Assembly: GCA_965279305.1 (NCBI GenBank)
Contig: OZ257143.1
Location: 1,350,001-1,382,000, forward strand
DNA length: 32,000 bases
Reading direction: 5' to 3'
Origin: Gammaproteobacteria bacterium
GTDB taxonomy: Bacteria > Pseudomonadota > Gammaproteobacteria > JBIOEC01
Shown here: piece after piece, positions 1-9,811 of the stretch
Layout of the letters: every line of letters begins with the position of its first letter
Position numbering within the stretch: the stretch's first letter is position 1
Translations under genes and position numbers: made by a program
The notes under the pieces: model-generated
Seen by the model: the letters and a program-made list of their open reading frames with translations, nothing else
Database searches by the model: none
Told to the model about the DNA's origin: nothing

Positions 1-1
1 T

Positions 2-607
2 AAAGGGAAAAATATTAATCGTATTTCTCGCCCTGAGCTCATGAAGCTTCGTATGAGCATGGGCATGTTATTTCAGGCTAGCGCCTTGTTCACCGATCTT
101 TCTGTATTTGATAATGTGGCTTTTCCTTTACGCATGCATACCAATCTAACCGAAACCATGATTCGAGATGTAGTCTTGATGAAATTACAGGCTGTAGGTT
201 TGAGAGGCGCACAACATTTAATGCCGGCAGAATTGTCTGGTGGTATGACCAGAAGAGTGGCACTTGCACGAGCGATTGCATTAGATCCGGAAATGGTGAT
301 GTATGACGAACCTTTTACAGGGCAAGATCCTATTGCTATGGGCGTATTGGTTCGTTTGATTAGCGCTTTAAATAAATTTTTAGGAATTACGTCTATTATT
401 ATTTCACACGATGTTAAAGAAACGCTCAGCATTGCGGATTATGCTTATGTGGTAGCGCATGGACGTGTGATTGGTCAGGGAACACCAGAAGAGTTATATG
501 CGCAAACTCAACCGGAGATCCAGCAATTTATTCAAGGGATCGCGGATGGGCCAGTGCCTTTTCATTATCCAGCAACTGATTTGAAAAAAGATTTTGAGTT
601 AGGATAA
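2..607 (+). CDS. mlaF: Mla lipid-asymmetry ABC transporter, ATP-binding subunit MlaF (5' end lies upstream of the window)
   Basis: The reading frame is open from base 2, so the ORF-track start at 41 is an internal Met. ABC signature LSGGMTRRVALARA, Walker B MVMYDEPF and H-loop ISHD are present. It is followed directly by mlaE, mlaD, mlaC and mlaB. Confidence 0.9.
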   Translation, partial: KGKNINRISRPELMKLRMSMGMLFQASALFTDLSVFDNVAFPLRMHTNLTETMIRDVVLMKLQAVGLRGAQHLMPAELSGGMTRRVALARAIALDPEMVMYDEPFTGQDPIAMGVLVRLISALNKFLGITSIIISHDVKETLSIADYAYVVAHGRVIGQGTPEELYAQTQPEIQQFIQGIADGPVPFHYPATDLKKDFELG

Positions 608-609
608 TT

Positions 610-1398
610 ATGTTCAATTTTAATACATTGATAGAATCGATCAGACAGGTAGGTAGGAAAGTACTGCACTTCTTACATGAATGCGGTGCTGCCGGCATAT
701 TATTAGGCGCTACTTTAATTCGTTTACCAAAATTTTCTTTATTAATTAAACAGCTATTTAATGTGGGTGTTTTATCCTTTCCTATTATTGGTTGTGCCGC
801 ATTATTTGTGGGAATGGTAATAGGTTTGCAAGGTTATACTACGTTAACCGGTTTTGGTGCTGAACAAGCGGTAGGGCAATTAGTGGCACTTAGCTTGGTA
901 AGAGAGTTAGGTCCTGTGATGGGTGCTTTATTATTTGCAGGGCGCGCGGGATCATCGTTAACAGCAGAATTAGGCTTAATGCGCACCACAGAGCAACTCG
1001 ATAGCTTAGAAATGATTGGTGTCGATTCGGTTAAATATGTTATTTCGCCGCGTTTTTGGGCAGGCTTTATTTCTTTACCTATTTTGGTGTTGATGTTTAA
1101 TGCTATCGGAATATTAGGTGGATTTTTAGTGGCCGTAGAATGGTTAGGCGTGGATGCAGGCCCTTTTTGGGGTAATATGCAGGCGTCTGTTGATTTTGTG
1201 GATGACACCATTAATGGTGTTATCAAAAGCGTGGTGTTTGCTTTTCTTATTTGTTGGATTGCCGTGTATCAAGGTTATGTGGCACCACCTACTGCAGAAG
1301 GCATTGGTTATGCCACCACACGCACCGTAGTATATTCATCGTTAGCGATTTTAGGCGCTGACTTTATGTTAACCGCATTGATGTTTGGAGGATTATAA
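610..1398 (+). CDS. mlaE: Mla ABC transporter permease MlaE
   Basis: Multi-pass membrane protein with the MlaE/Ttg2B block LVRELGPVMGALLFAGRAGSSLTAELGLMRTTEQLDSLEMIG. It starts 2 nt after the mlaF stop. Confidence 0.9.
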   Translation: MFNFNTLIESIRQVGRKVLHFLHECGAAGILLGATLIRLPKFSLLIKQLFNVGVLSFPIIGCAALFVGMVIGLQGYTTLTGFGAEQAVGQLVALSLVRELGPVMGALLFAGRAGSSLTAELGLMRTTEQLDSLEMIGVDSVKYVISPRFWAGFISLPILVLMFNAIGILGGFLVAVEWLGVDAGPFWGNMQASVDFVDDTINGVIKSVVFAFLICWIAVYQGYVAPPTAEGIGYATTRTVVYSSLAILGADFMLTALMFGGL

Positions 1399-1880
1399 TG
1401 AGACAACGTCCTATTGTTGAAATTTGGGTAGGGTTATTTGTAGTGGCCGGTATCGTTGCTTTAATGGTGCTAGCATTGCAAGTGAGTGGTTTGATGGATT
1501 TTTATAAAGTGACTCCAGAATATAAAGTGACAGCCGCTTTCGGTAATATTTCTGGTTTAAAATCTCGCGCTCGGGTTTCTATTTCAGGCGTAAATGTGGG
1601 TAAGGTCGAAAGTATACATTTAGATCCTAATACTTATAATGCGATAGTCACTTTGAATATTGATGAAACCGTAAAATTACCTACCGATACGGTAGCGAGT
1701 ATTTATACGTCTGGTTTAATTGGCGATAATTATATTGCTCTATCTCCGGGTGGCAGCGAAGATTATTTACAAGAAGGGGATGAAATCATTGAAACCCAAA
1801 ATGGTTTAGTGCTAGAAGAATTAATTGGTAAGTTTTTATTTTCTGTAACAGATGATAGCAAAGATGAGGAGACATTATGA
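1398..1880 (+). CDS. mlaD: MCE-domain periplasmic substrate-binding subunit MlaD
   Basis: N-terminal transmembrane helix (IWVGLFVVAGIVALMVLAL) followed by an MCE-type domain (GLKSRARVSISGVNVGKVESI). The start overlaps the mlaE stop by 1 nt (TAATG). Confidence 0.85.
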   Translation: MRQRPIVEIWVGLFVVAGIVALMVLALQVSGLMDFYKVTPEYKVTAAFGNISGLKSRARVSISGVNVGKVESIHLDPNTYNAIVTLNIDETVKLPTDTVASIYTSGLIGDNYIALSPGGSEDYLQEGDEIIETQNGLVLEELIGKFLFSVTDDSKDEETL

Positions 1881-2494
1881 GATTAGCTTTAAGAAATATA
1901 GTAGGGGCTTTAATGGTATTAGTCATGTCGGCTGCTTATGCAGCAGATGATCCGGCTGTGACTATGTTAAAGCAAGTGAGCGATGAAATGACTAGCACAT
2001 TAAAGAAAAGAAAAGATGATATTAAAAGAGATCCTAATGTCATTGTTAATATTGTGGAAGAAATCGCTATTCCGCATATTGCTGTTCCTCAAATGTCGCA
2101 AGCGGTATTAGGGGTTTATTGGCGTACAGCAACCCCTGATCAACGTTTGGCGTTTCAAGGTGCTTTTGAACGTTGGGCTATTTTGAGCTATTCTGCAGCG
2201 TTTTTAAATTATACGGATCAAGAAATTGTATTTGGAAAAGTACAACCAATTGGCAGCAAAGGTGAGCGTAAACAAATTAATACTTCTATTAAGCAAAGTG
2301 ATGGTAGTGTTATTTCAGTGAATTATCGTGTAGCTGAAATAGATGGCACGTGGATGGTTTATGATATTAACGTAGAAAACGTGAGCTTAGTCAGCAGTTT
2401 CCGTAATCAAGTATCCGGTCCTATTAAACAAAAAGGTCTAGATGCAGTGATTATTGATTTAAATGCTCGTAATGCAAAAGGTTTAACTAAATAA
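1877..2494 (+). CDS. mlaC: Periplasmic lipid-binding protein MlaC (Ttg2D family)
   Basis: Signal peptide ending in AAYA/ADD, size about 200 aa, and position in the mla operon. ATGA overlap with the mlaD stop. Confidence 0.8.
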   Translation: MRLALRNIVGALMVLVMSAAYAADDPAVTMLKQVSDEMTSTLKKRKDDIKRDPNVIVNIVEEIAIPHIAVPQMSQAVLGVYWRTATPDQRLAFQGAFERWAILSYSAAFLNYTDQEIVFGKVQPIGSKGERKQINTSIKQSDGSVISVNYRVAEIDGTWMVYDINVENVSLVSSFRNQVSGPIKQKGLDAVIIDLNARNAKGLTK

Positions 2495-2495
2495 T

Positions 2496-2756
2496 ATGTT
2501 AACAGGCGAATTAAATGCCGACACTGCCTTACGTTGGGTGGGTGAAGGGCAACAGTGGATTAATAAGGCCTCAAACACCTGCGTTATTGATTTAGCGCAG
2601 GTGGATAGTATTGATAGTGCGGGTATTGCTATTTTGTTGGCGTGGGAACGTTTTGCTAAACATCAACGTAAAAGTTTAAGTTTTAAAAATCCGCCTGAAA
2701 AATTATTAGCGATGTTGGAGTTATACGATTTGACAAGTTTAATTGTTATTCAATAA
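2496..2756 (+). CDS. mlaB: STAS-domain accessory protein MlaB
   Basis: Small protein of 86 aa with a STAS-like VDSIDSAGIAILLAW segment. It occupies the last position of the mla operon. Confidence 0.7.
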   Translation: MLTGELNADTALRWVGEGQQWINKASNTCVIDLAQVDSIDSAGIAILLAWERFAKHQRKSLSFKNPPEKLLAMLELYDLTSLIVIQ

Positions 2757-3509
2757 TTAGCTATGCATGCGGCGAGACCAAATAATGGGTGCTGCACTAA
2801 CCAATTCAACGTGATAGAGCACGGGTTTTGCAATAGAAGAATCCATATTTAAACAACTCAAGTGATAAAATCCCGGCGCATCTTCTGCCCGGATCCTACG
2901 TACCAGCAACTGTCCTTCTTTGGTTACCACAATACAATCTTGTCCTACTAAGCTGGCAATTCCTTGGCGATAACGTCGTACTCCTGCTACATGTTCTCCA
3001 GCAGAAAAACGCGGTTCCATACTGTTATCTGAAACAACGGTATGAATCACTTCAGGGTAATGTTGTGTAAACAACGCTAATTCGCTAGCAATATGCTCTG
3101 CTTCTGAGATCTCGCTGACTCTGTGCGTGGGTTTTGCACGATGCGATTCTGAGTGTGTAGGTAATGTTTGTGGGCCAGGACCGATGCCATGCATTAGCCA
3201 TTCTACACTGCAATAAATTCCGCTTTGCTGCAAAATTTGAATTAAACGTTTTGCACCTTTTAAAGTTAAACCATTTTTTTTAGGATCTTCCCAATGTTGC
3301 AATGTGCTGGTTGAAATACCAAATCGTTTTTCAAATTTTTGACGAGAAAGATGTGTCATTTGTCGCAAACTAAGTGCGCGCTTTGCTCTAGCAATTTGTT
3401 CTTCTATTGAATGACTTGTCATATGTGCATTCTGTGCGTTTAGTCTTAGCTGAAAATCCGCTTTTATCCATTGATAATCCGTCTGCTTTTTGATTAAATA
3501 ATTAGTCAA
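2757..3509 (-). CDS. CI/LexA-like transcriptional regulator: N-terminal XRE-type HTH plus C-terminal S24 peptidase-like domain
   Basis: HTH region LSLRQMTHLSRQKFEKRFGISTSTLQHWE. S24 serine motif VVSDNSMEP (codon 3021-3023). The C-terminal beta-rich segment CIVVTKEGQLLVRRI aligns by eye with LexA VVVARIDDEVTVKRL. The longest ORF uses a TTG start at 3509, and an in-frame ATG at 3422 is an alternative. The stop abuts the mlaB stop with 0 nt between them. Confidence 0.75.
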   Translation of the reverse strand: MTNYLIKKQTDYQWIKADFQLRLNAQNAHMTSHSIEEQIARAKRALSLRQMTHLSRQKFEKRFGISTSTLQHWEDPKKNGLTLKGAKRLIQILQQSGIYCSVEWLMHGIGPGPQTLPTHSESHRAKPTHRVSEISEAEHIASELALFTQHYPEVIHTVVSDNSMEPRFSAGEHVAGVRRYRQGIASLVGQDCIVVTKEGQLLVRRIRAEDAPGFYHLSCLNMDSSIAKPVLYHVELVSAAPIIWSRRMHS

Positions 3510-3558
3510 AAATAAGCTTTTTTACCAGGTTGCTATATAAGCAAGGTGCATACGGAAA

Positions 3559-3606
3559 TGTCATCCAATAATAGCACAATTTGTCATAGTTTTGACTATA
3601 TGTCAT
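3559..3606. promoter_or_regulatory. Candidate operator cluster in the divergent intergenic region between the CI-like gene and the small HTH gene
   Basis: Three TGTCAT motifs at 3559-3564, 3582-3587 and 3601-3606. There is also a TGAC-N5-GTCA palindrome at 3593-3605 and a GTCA-N6-TGAC inverted pair at 3583-3596. All lie in the 118-bp AT-rich region between divergent regulator genes. Confidence 0.3.
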
Positions 3607-3627
3607 TTAAATTGAGGATAGAGCACG

Positions 3628-3981
3628 ATGAGTTGTGTATCGGTAGTTTATTATGAAGAGCATTCACGCGTGAGAAAAACCGAACATACAAAAAAATCGG
3701 TGGCATCTTTAGTACATTTTCCCGGCGTTTTTTGCGTTAGAGAGCCAAACTCTGATTATTACGCGACTCATAAAGCCGTGGTGATTTCTAGTTGGCGAGT
3801 GATGTTAGAAGAATTGGAAGAAGAAGGTTACAGCATCAGCCAGGTTTCTCGTGTAACCGGTGTTCCTAGACGCACGGTTCAGCGATGGTTTAATGGAACA
3901 GAAGAAATACCAGGCTATCTAGTTTTTTCTAAAGTATTGCATTTGTATTGTTATTCTAAAAAAAGGAGTAAACCAACATGA
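3628..3981 (+). CDS. Small HTH DNA-binding protein (Cro/Xre-like), start uncertain
   Basis: The C-terminal half has the HTH-like segment GYSISQVSRVTGVPRRTVQRWFNG. The N-terminal 58 aa are unremarkable, and an internal ATG at 3802 would give a 59-aa Cro-sized protein. The stop overlaps the next gene's start (ATGA). Confidence 0.5.
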   Translation: MSCVSVVYYEEHSRVRKTEHTKKSVASLVHFPGVFCVREPNSDYYATHKAVVISSWRVMLEELEEEGYSISQVSRVTGVPRRTVQRWFNGTEEIPGYLVFSKVLHLYCYSKKRSKPT

Positions 3982-4328
3982 TGGATATGTCTCGTTTGAT
4001 TAAAGATGTATTTGAACGATTAGGTATTGTTCATCCTACACCTGAGCAAGTGAATTTAGTTAAAGCAGTATTTGGCTCTTTAACTACACAGCCGGAAATA
4101 CGCACGCATACACGCCTTTCTACACGAGAAAGAACATGTTTATATTTATTAGCACAAGGTAAAAGCTTAGAGCAAATAGCGCAAAGTATGGGAATAAAAC
4201 GTACTACGGTGGCCACATTTATTAAACGAATTAAAGCAAAACTCGGGTGTGATACTTTAGCGCAAGCGGTATACGAAGGAATGAGTCAACACGAAATTCC
4301 AGAACATAAAAGCGCTCAGATGCTCTAG
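3978..4328 (+). CDS. LuxR/GerE-family HTH transcriptional regulator without a receiver or ligand-binding domain
   Basis: GerE-type HTH: LSTRERTCLYLLAQGKSLEQIAQSMGIKRTTVATFIKRIKAKLG. The protein is only 116 aa. It is translationally coupled to the upstream small HTH ORF. Confidence 0.8.
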   Translation: MMDMSRLIKDVFERLGIVHPTPEQVNLVKAVFGSLTTQPEIRTHTRLSTRERTCLYLLAQGKSLEQIAQSMGIKRTTVATFIKRIKAKLGCDTLAQAVYEGMSQHEIPEHKSAQML

Positions 4329-4341
4329 GAGTAGCGTAATT

Positions 4342-5836
<1,495 letters not shown>

Positions 5837-5928
5837 GGGAGGTGCTCGAAAACTCAAAGCATTATTATAGCGATTTTTGCCTAGATTCGCTACAATGTAT
5901 AGAGATTAAATCAGCAAGGAGAGCATCA

Positions 5929-7173
5929 GTGGCTATTAACGAAATTATTGCGCTGGTGTTAACCATCACAGCTGCGGCGAGCTATGTCAATTATCGCTAC
6001 CTGCGATTACCCCAACCCATAGGCGTTACCCTCATCACCATTCTATTGGCCGGTTTTATTATGCTATTGGGGCAACTGGGATTTTCAGTAGGTGGCTGGG
6101 CTCAACATTTATTAGAGCAAATTAATTTATCTGAAACCTTATTAAACGGCATGTTAAGCTTTTTATTATTTGCCGGTGGTTTGCAAATTAATGTGGTGGA
6201 GCTGGCCAAGTTTAGATGGGTGGTGGGTGCCTTAGCCACTATCAGCGTATTAATTTCCACTTTTATTGTGGGATTTTTATTGTATTACACGGCGTATTGG
6301 CTCACTATCGATCTTCCTTTAATTTATGCCTTATTATTTGGTGCACTTATTTCTCCTACCGATCCTATCGCGGTTATGGCTATCTTAAAAGTGATTGCTG
6401 CGCCTAAAAATATTGAAATGAAAATTGCTGGCGAATCGTTATTTAATGATGGTATTGCGATCGTATTATTTTTGGTTCTATTACAAATAGCGATGGGACA
6501 GCATGTAGAGTTGGCATCGGGCGATATTATGTTGGCGTTTGCAAGACAGGCGGGTGGTGGTTTACTTCTTGGGTATGCATTAGGTTGGGTAGTGTCTCAT
6601 TTAATGAGAACGGTTAAAAAGTTTGAAGTAGCGTGTTTGCTGACATTGGCATTAGTCACGGGCGGGTTTGTGTTTGCTGATAATATTGTCGATGTTTCAG
6701 GTCCTATCAGTATGGTGGTCGCCGGTTTAATGGTGGGTAATATGTTACGTGCCGGTGCTATGCCTAAAAGCAGCGTGAATAGATTAGATGGTTTTTGGGA
6801 ATTGGTTGATGAAGTATTAAATACCGTGCTGTTTGTATTAATTGGATTAGAAATTGTATTATTGCATTTTTCATTGGACAGTTTACAGTTGGCATTACTG
6901 GCCATTCCGATCACGCTAGCGGCACGTTATATCAGTGTGGCTATTCCTGTAGCCACTGTAGAAAAATTTAATACCTTTAATCCCAAAATGATTGCGATTA
7001 TGACATGGGGTGGATTACGTGGTGGGGTTTCTATTGCTTTAGCACTTCAATTACCAACAGGTGATATGCGTGATCTCGTCATTTGGTTAACATACGCTGT
7101 AGTTATCTTCTCTATTATGGTTCAGGGTTTAACCATAAAATCGTTATTAAAGCGCTGGATAAAGCATGTGTAG
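5929..7173 (+). CDS. CPA1-family Na+/H+ (cation/proton) antiporter
   Basis: About 12 hydrophobic segments and the exchanger motif FGALISPTDPIAV. The likely start is GTG at 5929, preceded by the SD AAGGAGAG (5917-5924). The ORF-track extension from 5842 overlaps the ibaG start region. Confidence 0.85.
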   Translation: MAINEIIALVLTITAAASYVNYRYLRLPQPIGVTLITILLAGFIMLLGQLGFSVGGWAQHLLEQINLSETLLNGMLSFLLFAGGLQINVVELAKFRWVVGALATISVLISTFIVGFLLYYTAYWLTIDLPLIYALLFGALISPTDPIAVMAILKVIAAPKNIEMKIAGESLFNDGIAIVLFLVLLQIAMGQHVELASGDIMLAFARQAGGGLLLGYALGWVVSHLMRTVKKFEVACLLTLALVTGGFVFADNIVDVSGPISMVVAGLMVGNMLRAGAMPKSSVNRLDGFWELVDEVLNTVLFVLIGLEIVLLHFSLDSLQLALLAIPITLAARYISVAIPVATVEKFNTFNPKMIAIMTWGGLRGGVSIALALQLPTGDMRDLVIWLTYAVVIFSIMVQGLTIKSLLKRWIKHV

Positions 7174-9811
7174 CGAGAACGTCATTGCGAGCGAGCGCAG
7201 CTCGCGCGGCGATCCATATCAAATAATAATCACCCCAACTTCGCGACTTGCTTATTACCTTAACCACACTCAACGTGAAAAAAACGCTATTTCCCAATCG
7301 GATTGGTTAGATCAATTATGGATATCTTGCGCTCAAACCATGCCTGAGTGGAAGCGCCTGACTTCTTTACAAAGCACTTTATTATGGCAAGAGATTATTG
7401 AAAAAGAAGAACTTCCTTTATTAAATACCAAAGCGGTTATTGCCGGTGTTCAACAAGCCTGGCAATGGCTACAGCAGTGGAAAATTCCCCTTAGCGAATT
7501 AAAAAAAGAAATAGAGAAAACGTCTGAGCGAAAAAATATATCCGATATGGCTTATTTCTCTAATTGGGCCAGCACGTATGAGGCGCTTTGTGCGGAAAAA
7601 AAATGGGTAGATGAATATCAGCTACCTTGTTTTTTAACTCAGCATATGTCTGTTATTAATACATCTGCATCGTTACAGTTTTATGGTTTTAATTATATTA
7701 CTCCACAGTTTCAAGCATTATTCGCATATCTTGAAAGTAAAGGTATGACAATACAATACGAAGAAAATGCTGATATACGCTCACCTGATATTCATTATTA
7801 TCAATATCCCGATCAAATGAGTGAATGGAGAGCCGCCGCCGTTTGGGCTTATGAGTGCAGTAAGGGCGCTGACGCCACCATTGGTATTGTAATCCCTGAA
7901 TTAAGCCAATCGTGGTTAAGTATACAAAGTATTTTTTCTGAAGTGTTTATGCCCGAAAGTGTATTATCTGGCGAAACTGAAAAAAAAGTACAGTTTAATT
8001 TAGATGCGGGTTTGCCTTTCCATGAATATCCTTTGGTGAATCATACACTGAACTTGCTAAAATCATTTTCTCAAAGCTTATCTTCTCAAGAAATGAGTGT
8101 TTTAATTCGTTCGGTATTTTTAAAAGGGGAGATGGAAGAACGCAGTGTACGCGCACAACTAACAGCGAAGTGGATCCAGCAGGATTACCAGTATTTAACA
8201 TGGAAAACGGTTGAAAAATATTTAATCACGCACTCCAGCATAGTGTGTCCTTTGCTTTCTGAATTAGCCGTTCAATTAAATGTAAAACGCCAATCATGGC
8301 CAGAAAAGGCCAGCCCTAGTGAATGGGTTTTATTCGTGAGTGATATATTTGAAACAATTGATTGGCCTAATGGTCGCGAGCAAAATGAAACGGAACAGCA
8401 AGTATGGAAACGTTTTTTAAAAGTAATGTCTGATCTAGCAGGGCTTGATAGTATAAGCCCATCTATTTCTTATTCAGTATTTTTCAATATGTTGGAAGAA
8501 GAATTATCCAACATTTGTTTTCAGCCTGAAACTAAACCCGCTTTAGTACAAGTAATGGGTATTTTAGAAACATTAGGCATGTCGTTTGACCATTTATGGG
8601 TATGTGGTTTACATGAACAAAGTTGGCCACCCGCAGCAAAACCTAATCCTTTTATTCCACAAGCGTTACAGCGTCATTACGCCTTACCTCATGCCACTTA
8701 TCGCCAAGAATGGACTTATGCAGAGCAATTAACCGAACATTGGTGCCATTCGTCTTCACATGTACATTTTAGTTATGCTTTGGCCGGAGAACAGCATTAT
8801 TTGCCTAGCCCTTTAATTGAAAGCAAAATAAAAACGATTGAGGTAAAGGAAAGGGTTTTACCTAGCTGGTTAGAGAGCGATCATAAAATACCGCCTGCTA
8901 TTAGTGATGAGCAGGGAACTCGCATAGCTTCGTTTAAAGGTGGAACGGCTTTGTTAAAAGATCAAGCCGAATGTCCTTTTAGAGCTTATGCGTATTACCG
9001 TTTAGGTTTAAAATACCAACCTTTTAATTCCTCCCATGAATTAGGTAATGCGGCCATGAGAGGGGAGGTGATTCACAGAGCCTTAGAATTATTATGGACG
9101 GAATTAAAAGATCAAAAAACGCTATTAGTACTTTCTGAGTCTGAATTAAAAGAGATAATTAATGTTAAGGTAAAAAAATCTTTAACTGAGCTTTATGCTT
9201 CTACCAAAGAAAAAAATGCGATTCCCGCTGTTTTTTTAGAAATTGAGCAAGAAAGAGTGTGTTTTCATATTGATAAATGGCTGCAAAAAGAAAAGCAACG
9301 AGCCGATTTTTCTATTGCTGAATTAGAATCTAAAATTGAGTTAGATCTTGACGGTATTATTATTCGTATGCGAATGGATAGAATAGATAAAACGTCTGAA
9401 GGACAAGTTATTATTGATTATAAAACAGGTCATATTCCATCTCTTTCCCAAGATAGCGATAGACTGGTGAATCCGCAATTGCCTTTATACGCCATGAGTC
9501 AATCAAATTTAGTAGGCGTAACGTTTGCTAAAATAATGGGTGAATTTACTGGTTTTAGTGGCTGGGTAGCTCCGCATCATGCCAATGACTTTCCTGGACT
9601 GACTCGAAAAGCATTAATAGAAGTGGGTATTGGCGATCAAATAAGCGAATGGAAAACCAAAGCTGATATATTAATTAATGAATTTAAAAATGGATCGGCC
9701 AAAGTGGATCCTTATCCGAATGAAAGTGCCTGCCGATATTGTGATTTACATTCTCTTTGTAGAATTGGTCATTCCTCTATTGAATCAGTAGAAGAGGATG
9801 ATTATGTATGA
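7166..9811 (+). CDS. addB: AddB-like PD-(D/E)XK nuclease subunit with Fe-S cluster cysteines
   Basis: C-terminal nuclease motifs RMDRID...VIIDYKTG. Four Cys in the AddB pattern: AECPF plus CRYCDLHSLC (C-x2-C-x5-C). It is translationally coupled (ATGTATGA) to the downstream UvrD-type helicase. The start is uncertain because the first 19 codons run through a REP-like element. Confidence 0.75.
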   Translation: MCSENVIASERSSRGDPYQIIITPTSRLAYYLNHTQREKNAISQSDWLDQLWISCAQTMPEWKRLTSLQSTLLWQEIIEKEELPLLNTKAVIAGVQQAWQWLQQWKIPLSELKKEIEKTSERKNISDMAYFSNWASTYEALCAEKKWVDEYQLPCFLTQHMSVINTSASLQFYGFNYITPQFQALFAYLESKGMTIQYEENADIRSPDIHYYQYPDQMSEWRAAAVWAYECSKGADATIGIVIPELSQSWLSIQSIFSEVFMPESVLSGETEKKVQFNLDAGLPFHEYPLVNHTLNLLKSFSQSLSSQEMSVLIRSVFLKGEMEERSVRAQLTAKWIQQDYQYLTWKTVEKYLITHSSIVCPLLSELAVQLNVKRQSWPEKASPSEWVLFVSDIFETIDWPNGREQNETEQQVWKRFLKVMSDLAGLDSISPSISYSVFFNMLEEELSNICFQPETKPALVQVMGILETLGMSFDHLWVCGLHEQSWPPAAKPNPFIPQALQRHYALPHATYRQEWTYAEQLTEHWCHSSSHVHFSYALAGEQHYLPSPLIESKIKTIEVKERVLPSWLESDHKIPPAISDEQGTRIASFKGGTALLKDQAECPFRAYAYYRLGLKYQPFNSSHELGNAAMRGEVIHRALELLWTELKDQKTLLVLSESELKEIINVKVKKSLTELYASTKEKNAIPAVFLEIEQERVCFHIDKWLQKEKQRADFSIAELESKIELDLDGIIIRMRMDRIDKTSEGQVIIDYKTGHIPSLSQDSDRLVNPQLPLYAMSQSNLVGVTFAKIMGEFTGFSGWVAPHHANDFPGLTRKALIEVGIGDQISEWKTKADILINEFKNGSAKVDPYPNESACRYCDLHSLCRIGHSSIESVEEDDYV
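7181..7217 (+). repeat. REP-like hairpin element, copy 1 (GTCATTGCGAG...GGCGATCCAT)
   Basis: It shares conserved flanks with copies at 24412-24450 and 29183-29221. Inner stem is GCGAGC/GCTCGC with a GCA loop. It starts 8 nt after the antiporter stop and lies inside the annotated 5' end of the addB-like ORF. Confidence 0.7.

Noticed and set aside
2754-2759. Convergent gene junctions with 0-1 nt or overlapping stops (mlaB/CI-like at 2756/2757, addA/925-aa at 12519/12521, RR/HK at 29784-29787), considered as a special regulatory feature
   Set aside because: Tight packing is common in compact genomes and does not by itself indicate function. Only the addA junction is kept as a finding, because there it coincides with a missing domain.
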